Origin: Octopus sinensis
Lineage: Eukaryota
Length of the DNA stretch: 64,000 bases
Direction of reading: 5' to 3'
Assembly (NCBI RefSeq): GCF_006345805.1
Contig: NC_043003.1
Span: 115,320,001 to 115,384,000, forward strand
Below the pieces are notes generated by a model. The model was not told where the DNA came from. It ran no database searches and was given only the letters and a program-made list of their open reading frames with translations. Positions 40,646-54,139 of the stretch are shown here, in pieces; within the stretch, counting starts at the first letter, position 1, and the number at the start of each line of letters is the position of its first letter. The position numbers were made by a program, and so were the translations under genes.

Positions 40646-43600
40646 CAGGGTGGGAGACATCTACGGGTCTATTCGAGGAGCTAGTGAAGGTAGCCATAAC
40701 TACTTGAACACAGGCTCATTAGAAAGTGAAGTAACCGTGGATACATATAGACAGAGTTGCGTATAAATTAGGACAGTCGCTTGAGAAATGCTTTTCATCT
40801 TGCAATCATTCCTGGAAAGAGTTTCAAAATAAATAAACAAAAGATCATATCGGAAAGAAGGCTGAACTGGAGAGAAAATCAGTCATAATACCATTTTTTG
40901 TTAATTAATGGAGAGCAAATAACATCATCTAAAATGCAATGTTTCTAATTGCCTGACAGGGCAAAAGATTTGAGAAACTGATTGTAAAATACAATTCAAA
41001 TAATTTATTCTTCTGTAACTGGTCTAACACATGATAAATAAAGGTGAATTATACTTCGGCAAACACAATCATTTACTTGACTAATGAAAATTGGATAGTA
41101 ACAAATCTCCCGAATAGTTTGGCGAGAATGAGATTGATATATAAGATGGTAGAGATCACTAATGTCTTGTCAGCAGAAGTTCAACCAAAGTGGTAAAACA
41201 GGAACTGATTAGCATGTAGCTGGCTTTCGAAGAAAATCAAACCACTACAAAATAAATACAAAAATAGCAATTTATTTCTACTGTTTCTTATTCTTTATTT
41301 CATAGTTTTAGATATTTATTAAATATTTAAGAGCATCAATGTGAAAAACAAAGAAGCTAATTAAAACTCAGCAGAAAAAATCGCGACAACAACAACAACA
41401 ACAACAACAACAATGGCAACAAGAAGAAAAATCCTTAGCCATCACCTCTCTATATATTTATAACATTGCTGAACAACATTTCTTAAAAGTACACCAACCG
41501 CACTGCATACAACTGTAATAAAGATAATATTGAAATAATTAATATCTTTTATACTATCAATTAAATCGAAATCGTAAAACACGTTTTTAAAAATTCTGTT
41601 AATCAAAATGGACCCCAGGTCTTTTGAGCAATCATCATTAATTCCATCACCAAATCTGCTTCAGATAAACAACAGAAACATCTATATTATCATCATCCAG
41701 CATCAGTTCCAAAACCACCACCGACACCGTCACCTTCATCATCATCATCATCATCATCATTGGAATGATCAGCTGATAGAACAGCAAAAACATGTATGGA
41801 GGCGTTCATTACATTATTTCTTTTTCTTGTTTTCAGTTTTGTCAATTTTTATTTGTTGAATTAAGAAGTCGAATAATTAAGGTTTAATTTCAGGCAACAA
41901 CTAGAGAAATATAATTTATTAAAGAAATAAAAAAAATAAAACAGAAAGAAAAGAACTACAAGATACCTTTTAATATTTTTCTATACATCACGTCTCTATT
42001 AGTTCGTAATTCAACCCTGTAATTAAGTTGGACAAGATGTTAAAACCTGTTGTTATGTATGTCACTTTGTATTTCCTAAAGAAAATGAACACAAAAACCT
42101 AACTTTAACTGTTATTCAAATATGTGTTAAGACTATGCGTCCTCGTTGCTCTGCCAGTGTTCATCTCTGTTTACGTGTGTGTACGTTTTCTGCATTGCGT
42201 CTCTGTATATTTGTCTATGTAGTTATATGTGTTTGCGTTTTCTGCGCAACGAAGCGCATATATGCATACGCGTCGGCATTATTGTGTGATTTGCTTCAAT
42301 TGAAATCCTTCATTACAGATAAACATTGAGTTTATTGACTGATTTAGCAGACGTTAATTAATGACGACGATGATGATGGTGGTGGTTTCCGTGTTGGCAT
42401 CTGTAGAAGAAGCGACGCAGTTATTGATATCGTTTTTGGTGAATAGTGTAGTTATGTTAATAACGATTATTTGTAGTGCAGCGGGATCTGATATTTTGAT
42501 AATGTTGGTCATTACAGTGATGCCATTGACTGAGTTGTTTTGTAATATATGTCGTAGTTACTGCTACAGTCTATAAAAGGCGATTTATGACATCATATCA
42601 TGTATGGATGGATGTGGATGTCTATCTTCATGCATGTCTGTGTGTCACGGCATAATTTCAAATATATCCGTAATCATAAAGTATTTTGACATGAGAGATC
42701 ATGATGTCATAATGGCTATATTTAGCAATAAGGAGGATTTTGGCAAAGACGACGGAACAATTTTTGATTTTGATGACGACGACGACGACGCCGACAGAAG
42801 ATGATGACAACCATAATGATGTTATGTAAGATGATACAGAATATGTTGAAATTGACGCCATGTTTATATCAATAAAAAAGAAGAGAAAGGTTGGTTCCAA
42901 GTTGAGTGGAACCCATTTCAATCGTTACATAATACAACACAACATAATTGGCTTTCGGATTGCTTAAAAGAAATACATCTTCGCTATTGCTGTGTCTTTC
43001 TTTTCTTTTCATGTTGTTGTTGCTGCAATTGTAAACATCTTTGTTGCTGGTTTTATTGTTCTTTTGCAATTAGATACTTTATTGTCATAAACGAGAAACG
43101 TTATTTAGAAGAGATGAATATTTCTGTTCATTTACCTCTATTAGACAGTACTAGTTACTTTATTTCATGTTTTATATAATTCATTCGTCTATTTTTATTC
43201 AGTAAGGACATTTGTGTGTATAAAGGTTCTTATAAATGTGGTTGGAATAGAAGCGTAAACATACAGCCATTAGAAACTTCCTTTCCTTGTGTCTTATTTT
43301 AAACTTTCACATCAACAGAATCATTATTACCATCATTAACATGAATATCCTATCTATCGTCCTCATCATTATTGATGTTGTTTTCTTCATGTAGTTTTTC
43401 TCGTATTATAATATCGCTATCAATTTTTCAGTTCAGAATTTATTTTGCGTAATTTCGATGTTTTTGTTCATTTAGAATCTATTCTTTTATACTGCCTCTG
43501 TTTACATCTGAGCTTTTAATCTTCTGCAAAACCACCGCATTGTATCATCCCTCCAACTACATTTCCTCTCACTGCCAGTACTTTTCCATTCCCACCTAAC

Positions 43601-43659
43601 CCAAAAAATCACAGGGCATTTCAAGCTTGGTAACTTTAAGTGAGACAAATATATTCTTT

Positions 43660-43853
43660 TCTAGACGAGGCACAAGGCCCGAAATTTTGGGGGAAGTGGG
43701 CAGTCGATTAGATGGATCCCAGCACGCAACTGGTACTTAATTTATCGACCACGAAAGGATGAAAGGTAAAGTCGACTACGGCAGAATTTGAACTCAGACC
43801 ATAAAGGCAGACGAAATACCGCTAAGCATTTTGCCCGGCATGCTAATGTTTCT
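43660..43853 (-). mobile_element. SINE family B, tail type 2
   Basis: Family body and B box; tail tttcgggccttgtgcc. Confidence 0.88.
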
Positions 43854-43854
43854 T

Positions 43855-43990
43855 ATTTCTTTATTGCCCACAAGGGGCAAAGCATAGAGGGGACAAACAA
43901 GGACAGACAAATGGATTAAGTCGATTACATCGACCCCAGTGCATAACTGGTACGTAAGTTATCGACCCCAAATGTACGAAAGGCAAAGTT
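43855..43990 (-). mobile_element. SINE family B 3' half, tail type 1
   Basis: tttctttattgcccacaagggg...cgaccccagtgc; abuts the previous copy. Confidence 0.85.
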
Positions 43991-44449
43991 GCACGACTGT
44001 TCATTGCAATAGTATGACACCCTTCCCAGCATGAATATACACCACAAGAGTTGAGCTTGTTGGGAACCTGTAAACAATATTTTATTTTTGACTCTATAGG
44101 ATATTAAGCACACAAGTAAATAAATATTCTGAAACATAGTCGTTGATGTGAACCTAAATTCATTTGTATTCGATTGATAGAAAAACTAAAAATCTCTGTT
44201 CTTTCATTGTGTTGAATAGTATAATTGTAATACCATTATTATAAGCAGGCAATCTATTATTTTCGATAACGGCAGGCGGTACGTTGTATAAAATAAAATA
44301 ATTTTTATCATTGATATGTAATTTATAAAATGTAATTTATAAAATACAATTATAGTGAATAAGTATTCATGATATTTCCTGTTTCAGTTACATATTAAAA
44401 TAACTTATTAGTAAATTGCCGTGGTAATATTTGTTGAATTTCCAAAACC

Positions 44450-44866
44450 GGATCTTTTCGGTTTGAACGGCAGTTTTTTCTAGCGGTGTCATATGAAAGT
44501 GTCACCCATAATTATGACCCTAGAATCGATCTATTGCATTTCAATCTCTTTTAGGGTTAGGGTTAGTTAGGATTAGGGGTGGGGGAAGGGTATCTTTTTT
44601 TCTTCACAAATGTAAATAAATCCAATCTGTTTCTTAAATGAGGGACATATTCATACGGCACATAATGTTTTCACCTCAATAGACGGTCATTGATTGGTTG
44701 AAATTGCAGAAATTGAAGAAAAAAATCAACAAATATCTTACAAAATATAGAATTTTCTCAATAAAGTCAAGAGAAAAAGATGTTTTATAAACACATTCTA
44801 CCAATATACGAAGTTTAGTTCCCTTGAAATTATTTATAAAAACTGCCGTTCAAACGGAAAAGATCC
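44450..44866 (+). mobile_element. MITE copy 4
   Basis: TIRs; ttagggttagggttag; the TSD is only partly recognisable. Confidence 0.92.
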
Positions 44867-45816
44867 AAACCTTACTCCAAATCGGTTATATCATAACTAG
44901 TTCGTTGTGTAAAAACAATATCATTTTAAAACATTTTACTTAATGAGCAAAACTTCATTAAATTGTTTAAAGGTATCACCTCTGAACTTTTTTTCGGTGG
45001 ATTTTGATCTGATTTGGAAAGCTAAAACTGACAACGCTAGCCTTGTTTAGAATTCAAATCAGAATGGCAAACTTACAGAAAAGATACCATCGAAAATATT
45101 CCGTGTCTATCTTATCCATTTGTATTTTCCCCGTTAGAAAATCTGTATACTGTTTCTGAAGAGGCACTCGACAAGCAGTTGTTTGTGAATTATATACTCT
45201 ACTGAAGCATATTTAAGTGTATTAATAGTAATGGTTTTATTTGTTTCCGAATGGTTTTGGATTTGAATTTCTAATTCGAAATACAATGGTGTCTTAAAAT
45301 AAATTTAATTAAAGCTTCTTGTCGAGTTCTCTGCTCTCTCAAGCATCTGCACCTAAATGGAAATGAACTAAACAAGAGTAGTATAAACGCTAATCGAGAC
45401 TATATGGTTTGTGTGTGTCTGTCGGAGGGAAGATTTTTGTCTTTCAAAGTGTTTGTGTTTTTTACAAGAAGGTCAACATTCGGGTCACGCCCGTCATATA
45501 TGCTTCCGGCTAACAACGTACGATAAAAGGATTTTCAATAAATCACACCATTAATATTTTTTCTCTCTCTGTTTTATTTTACACTTCTTTTATATGTTAC
45601 GTCTGCAATAAATTACATTAAAATCTATTTTCACATTCCAGCGTTTTATATCAACTGTATCAGACTTGATTTTTCTAGAAATGTTCTATAATTTAATTTG
45701 CTCAACATTATGCAGACCACCTTCTCTTGTAACAAACGTTGTCGAACTCTCGTCCACATTCTTATCACAAAGCATAGTTGCATTCACATTGACTTTAGTT
45801 ACGATAATCCTACTAC

Positions 45817-46253
45817 GGATCTTTTCGGTTTGAACGGCAGTTTTTAACATAATTTCTAGGTAACTAAAAAATTTTAAACTCCGTATACTGGTAGAATGTG
45901 TTTATAAAACATCTTTTTCTCTTGGCTTTATTGAGAAAATTCTATAGTTTGTAAGATATTTGTTGTTGTTTTCTTCAAATTCTGCAATTTCAACCAATCA
46001 ATGACATGTATTGAGTTAAAAACATTCTGTGCCATATGAATATGTCCCTCGTTTAAGAAACAGATTGGGTTTATTTACATTTGTGGAGAAAAAAATATAC
46101 CCTTCCACCCACCCCTAACCCTAACCCTAACCCTAAATAACCCTAAACCTAAAACAGATTGAAATGCAATAGATCGATACTAGGGTCATAATTATGGGTA
46201 ACAATTTCATATGACACCGGTAGATAAAACTGCCGTTCAAACCGAAAAGATCC
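45817..46253 (-). mobile_element. MITE copy 5
   Basis: TIRs; (ccctaa)3; no TSD seen. Confidence 0.92.
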
Positions 46254-47254
46254 AAGAAACTTACTCGGAGTTTCGTTAGCAACGTTGCTGTGTATTAGTG
46301 TGGAATGGTGCTGCCGAACGCAAGGATACAAGATAATTTACATTTTAAAAGTGATATTAACTTTATTTTCGCAACTTTGAATTGATTACACTTAAAATCA
46401 GAAACAGTGTTATTTATTAGAGTAAGTCACGTTAACATCTTCGACACACTTTCCTGTATGTTTGAAAGTACCAAGTAAAAATTGTGACACTATGTATGTT
46501 TTAATAAATGTTAGGAAAATAATTTGAAGTCGCCATTATGAGAGACTAAGCTGGAAACAGTTGACATTTGTTTTAGTATTATTTGTGAGAAGTCATTTTC
46601 CTTTAAGTAGCAATCTTAATGCACCAGAGAATAATTGTTTGTTCGCATGTTCTTTCAATATGAACATTGGTTACTCAAACCACTGATTCTTTTCATTTTC
46701 CAACGTAACTGTTATTTTAAAGGAACGTAGAATATTTCTATCCGTATTTATTATGATTAAGAATATGTATTCATCCCAAAACGACTTTTCTTTGAAAGGC
46801 TTTACTCTATACATATCCCTTTTGTGTCCTATTTTTGACAACTAAAATATTTCCTCCCAAATTGCTGGCCTTGTATCACAATTTGAAATCAAAATTTTGG
46901 GACAATATCACTAGTTGAATATAGTTCCCGTTCTGAAAGATATATTCTGCAGATTTTCTATGGCCTCAGATGTATCTGTAACAGTTAATACCATAAGATT
47001 TCTACGATTGGGAAGTTTTAATCATGTTATAGAAATATACTTTGTCACTTTAATCTATAATTCTTTTCTTGAGTCTGTATGCGTCTCTCTCTCTCTCTCC
47101 GTGGATGTGTGTGTGCGCGCGTGTGTGTGCCGCTGATTGTGTATATGTGTGTGTATGTGAATATTGTTTTACCACTTCTAATAGTTACAAAACACGGACT
47201 GTCACTTTCTATACACGGCTGTGGCATGTATGCATACACACATACACGCGTGCA

Positions 47255-47492
47255 CACTTTATTTCACGTTGCTCCAGTTCACTCAGCTGTAGAAATAAGT
47301 TGCGACATCACAGGTGCCAACGTGTATCGGCCCCTTTGCCTTTCCCTTGGATAACACTGGTGGCATGGAGAGGGGAGGCTGGTATTCATGGGCGACTGCT
47401 GGTCTTCCATAAACAACCTTGCCCGGATTGTGCCTCGGATGGTAACTTTCTAGGTGCAATCCCATCGTCAGTCATGACCGAAGGGGGTCTCA
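47255..47492 (+). mobile_element. SINE family C, 5'-truncated
   Basis: Matches 4005-4265. Confidence 0.85.
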
Positions 47493-47496
47493 GTAT

Positions 47497-47565
<69 letters not shown>

Positions 47566-47581
47566 ATATGTATGTATATAT

Positions 47582-47870
47582 GCAATGGTCCAGTGGTTAC
47601 GGCAGCGGATCGCGGTTTCGATTCCCAGACCGGGTGTTGTGTGTGTTTTTTGAGCGAAAACACCCAAAGCTCCACGCCTCTCCGGCAGGAGGTAGTGGCG
47701 ATCCCTGCTGTACTCTTTCACCACAACTTTCTTTCACTCTTTCTTCTGTTGGCCTGCTCACTTAGCCAGCGGGGTGGCGTCATTTGAAGGCTAAATCAAT
47801 GCGAAGCGCATTGTGACCAGCGATGTGTAGCAATGTCTGATAGCCTGGTCGGTCACGGTGATCACGGTGA
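47582..47870 (+). mobile_element. SINE family D
   Basis: A box TGGTCCAGTGG, B box GTTTCGATTCC; matches the reverse complement of 6780-6950; short cacggtgat tail repeat. Confidence 0.8.
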
Positions 47871-47888
47871 TGTATGTACGTATGTATG

Positions 47889-47960
<72 letters not shown>

Positions 47961-48681
47961 TTATCCACATATATATGTATATTCATGTACATATATCGAG
48001 TTCTAACGCATAGTATGTATTCACATACACATATATATTTACACAATCGCTAAACATTATGAATATTAATCACTTTACTGTTCGAATATTTCTGATTTAT
48101 TCACGTACAAAATGATAATAAAGCACTTTGTTTTCATTGCAGCTGTAAAGCTATATAATGTATGTACATCTAACAGGAATTTAAGAGGAATATTGATCGG
48201 AACTAACGTGGAATATCCATAGCACACTGTACCTGCTAATTGGCTATATACAAATCTGCGATTCCGCCTCTGCGTTGCTATATTTTCCTTTTCGAATTAT
48301 TTAAAAACTAACTTACACCATATTTCATTTGTATAGTTTCTTAAAGTTTCTTGATTTCATTGATCGATCAAATCGATATATGAAACTGTTTTTGACAAAT
48401 GTTTATCATGCTAATATCTGAATGGTTTTATCTTTCTAACATATATGTGAGGGATTTTATCGATTTATTCAGTATATTCAGATAAACATTGTTTATTGCG
48501 CTTTGTTTACCGGAACGAAATATATATTTACTCTTCTTGTTAGAATCAACAATAAAGATATATTTTGTTTATAAAAACAATGAAAAAATACATAATATTC
48601 ATATCAGTATATTGAATAGTTTGAATGAAGCTGACAGAATGGTAGAAACACCAAATTGTCAGGGAAAATGCATTGCGTCGT

Positions 48682-48907
48682 GCTGGCAGAAACATTAGCA
48701 CGCCGGGCGAGATTCTTTGTGGTATTTCCTTCGCCGTTACGATCTGAGTTCAAATTCCGCTGAGATCGACTTTGCCTTTCATCCTTTCGGGGGTAGATTA
48801 AATAAGTATCAGTTACGCACTGGAGTCGATGTAATTGACTTAATCCGTGTGTCTGTCCTTGTTTATCCCCTCTGCGTTTAGCCTCTTGTGGGTAGTAAAG
48901 AAATAAG
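48682..48907 (+). mobile_element. SINE family B, tail type 1
   Basis: Full head, body and tail; a MITE is inserted at its 3' end. Confidence 0.9.
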
Positions 48908-49331
48908 GGATCTTTTCGGTTTGAACGGTAGTTTTTTCTTGCGGTGTCATATGAAATTGTCACCCATAATTATGACCCTAGAATCAATCTATTGCATTTC
49001 AATCTGTTTTAGAGTTAGGGTTAGGTCTAGGGGTGGGGGGAAGGGTATCTTTTTTTCTTCACAAATAGAAATAAGCCCAATCTGTTTCTTAAACGAGGGA
49101 CATATTCATACAGCACAGAATGCTTTTTAACTCAATAGACGTCACTTATTGGTTGAAATTCCAGAAATTGAAGAAAAAAAATCAACAAATAACTTACAAA
49201 CTATAGAATTTTCTCAATAAAGCGAAGAGAAAAGGATGTTTTATAAACATATTCTACTAGTATACGAAGTGTAAAATTTTTTAGTTACCTAGAAATTATG
49301 TTAAAAACTGCCGTTCAAACCGAAAAGATCC
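48908..49331 (+). mobile_element. MITE copy 6
   Basis: TIRs; TSD gaaataag/gaaatagg; the empty site is visible in the duplicate at ~49946-49953. Confidence 0.95.
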
Positions 49332-49503
49332 GAAATAGGTATTTGCTGAAGTTTTCTAAGTGTTGTATTGTAAGTCGAAGGTCTGGACGTACCCACTCCC
49401 TTAAGTTTCCTGGTCGTCTGTCTCGATTAGTAGCAAGTTTTCTTTTTACGATGTATGAATTTATATTGGTGACAAAAACCCATTGTACAATTATTGATTG
49501 TGA

Positions 49504-49914
49504 GGATCTTTTCGGTTTGAACGGCAGTTTTTAACATAATTTCTAGGTAACTAAAAAATGTTAAACTTCCTATACTGGTAGAATGTGTTTATAAAACAAC
49601 TTTTTCTCTTGGCTTTATTGAAAAAATTCTATAGTTTGTAAGATATTTGTTGTTCTTTCTTCAATATCTGCAATTTCAACCAATCACTGACGTCTATTGA
49701 GGTAAAAAAACATTCTGTGTCGTATGAATATGTCCCTCGTTTAAGAAACAAATTGGGTTTATTTACATTTGCGAAGAAAAAAAGATACCCTTCCCCCCAC
49801 CCCTAACCCTAAAACAGATTGAAATGCAATAGATCGATTCTAGGGTCATAATTATTGGTGACAATTTCATATGACACCGCTAGAAAAATCTGCCGTTCAA
49901 AACCGAAAAGATCC
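49504..49914 (-). mobile_element. MITE copy 7
   Basis: TIRs; flanked by a ~186-bp duplication instead of an 8-bp TSD. Confidence 0.92.
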
Positions 49915-50386
49915 CCTCTGCGTTTAGCCCCTTGTGGGTAGGAAAGAAATAGATATTTGCTGAAGCTTTCTAAGTGGAAGGTCTGGACGTACCCACTCCC
50001 TTAATGTTTCTGGCCGTCTGTCTCGATTAGTAGCAAGTTTTCTTTTTACGAGGTATGAATTCATGTTGACTAAAACCCATTGTACGATTATTGATTGGGA
50101 TCCATAAAAATGTTACACAATCTCAATACAAGATCTGTCGAATGACTTACATCGCTAAGCTTTCTTCACTCACAGAAATGGATTGACGCAACATTCAATA
50201 CATTTAACAATTTAGTATAGCATTCAATCACACGCTTTTTTTATTTTGTTGAGCTCATAATGGAAGACGGGCATTAGATCTTCACATAAATTGCATATCT
50301 CAGACAAAACAAAATGCCATCATCTGTGTTTGATTAAAGAAGCGATTGTTTTCTTCAGTTATTATATTTATCTACACACACAAACC

Positions 50387-50614
50387 AATTTCTTTATTAC
50401 CCACAAGGGGCTAAACACAGAGAGGACAAACAAGGACAGGCAAACGGATTAAGTCGATTACATCGACCCCAGTACGTAACTGGTACTTAATTTATCGACC
50501 CCGAAAGGATGAAAGGCGAACTTGACCTCGGCGGAATTTGAACTCAGAACATAAAGACAGACGAAATACCGCTAAGCACTTCACCCGGCGTGCTAACGTT
50601 TCTGCCAGCTCGCC
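50387..50614 (-). mobile_element. SINE family B, full length, tail type 1, 16-bp TSD
   Basis: TSD tctacacacacaaacc at 50371-50386 and 50615-50630. Confidence 0.95.
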
Positions 50615-51957
50615 TCTACACACACAAACCGTGCAGGCACGTGCCTGTGTGCCTGCCTATGTTTGAATTTACATAACTCTTTCTCTCGTGGTATATCGTC
50701 GTCTTCATATACCAAAATCCTGTAGCGCATTGATGACACCATGCCAAAAGACTTCCCGATTAGGTTCACGCTTTCCAGCTGCCTTGCAAATATTTTCCAA
50801 CCAGATCTTGATATTGTTCATCCTTTGCATATTTTGACTGCCTCTAGATCGACTACCCCCTGCTCTTTTCCATGATAATGTTTACCAAAATCTCTGCTTC
50901 TTTGAACATGACCATGATAAATGAGAATTTGTTTTATTGTAACATGCAGGAGCCGTCGTCTTTCCCCTACGCGGTCTAGCACACAATAGGGAGAGGTTGG
51001 TGAGAAAGAGAGAGAAGTACATATATATGTATATACAACCCCATAGATATAGGTTCATATTTTCGAAATTCAGGTTGCTTATAATGACATTCCGTTTAGC
51101 AAATCTCATTTACAACACCTCGTTCAACACTTAGTTAATATAGAGGTCGCTAGTACAGTCTACCTCGTGACTGTGAATCGAACGTCTAACGCCTAGCTCT
51201 GCTTCCCTGAATTGAAAGAAGAGAAAGTAAAAGTAAGAGATGTAGCGTAAGGATGTAACGTAATGGTGAAAATAAATTCTACAAACAAAGGGTTACGCTA
51301 TTTGGAATGATGCAAACTTAATTCAATTGTGGAGACATCATGTCTTAGGCTATCCGTGAGATATTATTTTCAGTGCGACATAACTATGGCTTTTTGTGAT
51401 TATAGAATATCAAATTTAAAGAAACGCAGATAAGTTGTACTTTCGAAATAAGCGCTCGATTTCTAGAGTCTTCTAATTCCATTTAAATTTTAGCAATTCA
51501 CTTAAGTATTTTATATTATCATGGATGTTGTGTAATCTTGTCTAATTCCAACGCCAGATCAGACTGCTATATGTTGATGTAAGAAATCAATAAGTTTAGA
51601 ATACATCTATTTATTTGACATTTTCAAATTATGTTTTATCCACTCAATCACTGGTTTCTTCAAATTGGATATGGCATATCTTATTTCATGCAGAAATAAA
51701 AATAAATGATTATCTAATTATAAACTTCTCAAATTTCACATGTCACATTTCCGTTGTTTCCAGATATCAAATTTGTGACTGAAAAACTATGTTTTTTTTT
51801 CCTTAAGTCTCCAAGCTATATCTTATGTCATAACAGTAAATAATTGCCATTTATCATTCTCAGCAATTTAACATTAACCAGGTTTTTCAAAATCACTCAA
51901 GCTAAACTAGAAATGCTACACAAGTAATCATATGGAACCGCAAACGACATTTATTTT

Positions 51958-52075
51958 CCACTATAGGCACAAAGTCTGAAATTCTAAGGAAGAGGATAGT
52001 CGACTTCCTCCACCCCAGTGCGTAACTGGTGCTTATTTCATCGACCCCGAAAGGATAAAAGGCAAAGTCGACATT
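51958..52075 (-). mobile_element. SINE family B 3' fragment, tail type 2
   Basis: ccccagtgcgtaactggt...cgaccccgaaaggat..aaggcaaagtcgac. Confidence 0.75.
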
Positions 52076-52120
52076 TGCCCACGCTGAGGTGAATGTGTTA
52101 AGTTGTTCATATAAGATTGC

Positions 52121-52526
52121 TTATAATAATGGAAGTCTGTCGGGGTTCGACAATGACGTCTGTGACGCCGGAGGTGGGAGCGGAACCCAAAGGCGGATGC
52201 GCAGACGCGGCCACATGTTGGGCACGTGACAGCAGAAGCAGTGTTGGGGATCCTCTCTTTTCGTGCTTGTCGCTTCTGGTCCAGGCTCTTGAGGCGCTTT
52301 TCCTCGAACAGCCAAACAGGCTTTTGGTCAGCTGGAAGCCAGGCGCCGCGGGCAGGGGCAAGCGATTCTCAGTCACGGCTGTCCTTGTATTGCCTCAGTG
52401 GCCTTTCAGGGTTTCTTGCTCCAGAAGCCAGCTCAGAAGGCAGCGCAGCAAGATCATCTTTGGTAGACGCGCGTCGTCCTTTCGGACTACATGTGCGACC
52501 CACTGGATCTGGGCCTTCGTTCACAG
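52121..52526 (-). pseudogene. RTE-clade LINE 3' fragment with C-terminal C2H2 finger
   Basis: AQ.QW..HVVR.DDARLPK...ELASGARN..RP...YKD...CPTCGRVCASAFGFRSHLRRH, then a short 3' UTR. Confidence 0.8.
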
Positions 52527-52581
52527 GTAGTGAACAGCTGACACTGTAAGACATCTTCAGCGTTAGAAGCTGTGCAAAAGC

Positions 52582-52612
<31 letters not shown>

Positions 52613-52630
52613 GTAATAATAATATTAATA

Positions 52631-52661
<31 letters not shown>

Positions 52662-52725
52662 AATAATAATAATAATAATATAATAATAATATAATAATAA
52701 TAATAATAGTAATAATAATAACAAC
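52527..52725 (+). mobile_element. 3' tip of a Dong/R4-type LINE plus (TAA)n
   Basis: tagtgaacagctgacactgta...gcgttagaagctgtgcaaa.gcaataataa matches the 3' UTR at 56611-56668 (reverse complement). Confidence 0.8.
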
Positions 52726-52777
52726 AACATCGAAAAATACCTTAGGAATGAAAACACAGGTTCGAAATTTCCCCAAG

Positions 52778-52822
52778 ATATCTGATGAAGGATGGAGGGT
52801 ATATCAACCGAAACGTTGTGTT
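52778..52822 (+). ncRNA. Minimal type-I hammerhead motif, partly decayed
   Basis: CTGATGA 52782-52788, stem II ggatg/caacc (one mismatch), GAAAC 52810-52814, then gttgtgtt. Confidence 0.6.
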
Positions 52823-53866
52823 AACAACAAACAGGATGAGGACAAACATCCGACAAACGTATATAAAGTAAATAATTCCTGATCTCTTAGATATAGAACA
52901 AGTATTCATGCATAGAATATCTTTATACACACACGCACATAGAAACAAGCAAGCACACACATTCATACATCAGACTATAGTTGTTTTCCTTGATACTCAC
53001 ACCTAATCTGACCTGCAACTATTTGCACTCTTTCATTATATATACATGTATGTGTGTGTTTATGTGTGTGTGTGTATGTGGAGGACGTGCGTGTTTGTGT
53101 GTCTGATTGTGTGTATAAGCGGAATAGAAATGATCTTCGGTAGGCTGTCTTTTCATTTATCGAGTTTGGCGTAATACTGCAAAGATGAGTGAAAGTCAAT
53201 GTTAAAATACAATTGTAAAGCCACAACCGGTAAAGCCAGCAGAGTTGCCATAACTGATTTAATAAATGCCACAGAAAAATGTGAGCGAATGCCTCTTAAA
53301 ATAACATGCATATAGTTCATGGCCTTTAAAATGCTATGTTGACAAGTTGTCACTCACGGAGATAACAAAGTTTTCATGCGCATGTCACTGAAGTCTTTCC
53401 GTTCTCATGAAAGTGCTTTCGTTCAAGAAACAAACACCAAACTTCGTGAGAGATAAGTGTTGCCTGCCATTCACATTGTCCGTACATATTTTCCAACAAA
53501 TACATGGAAACTTCCTCGTAGCGAATTTCGTGCACTTTGCCGAAGCATTCGAAACTATGACATTATTATAATAGAGATATAAAATTAAAACACTAGATCA
53601 AAGAGCAGATATTAAATGCATGTAACTATCCATCGACAGACACAACAGCGAAAACCTTTTAAATATTGAAAAACTATCACGTGTTTTCAGAGTGTATACC
53701 TTAGTATTGTCTCGAAGTAGATTAAGTAAAAGACATGAATATCAATGAACGGGTTTCAAGTTCAGTTAGAACAAATTTTCAACGAAAAATGGTCACAGCG
53801 ATGAAGATCAAGGAATTAAATATAAAATCAAATCATTCTACAGCATTCAATATTACACGAAATTCC

Positions 53867-53902
<36 letters not shown>

Positions 53903-54079
53903 GTGTGAATGTGTATATACACACATACTCACACACACACGCACACACACACACGTATATATACATAGATGTGTATGTATGTATTTATGTATGTATGAAT
54001 ATGTGCCCTTCTGCTTTTAATCATTGATCTTTTCTTTAAGGAAGAAGTCGATTGTTACACACATACACACACATGCATA

Positions 54080-54116
<37 letters not shown>

Positions 54117-54139
54117 GAGAGAGAGAGAGAGAGAGAGAG

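Noticed and set aside
46115-46150. Telomere or telomere-fusion relic
   Set aside because: The few CCCTAA units are internal to the MITE in every copy.
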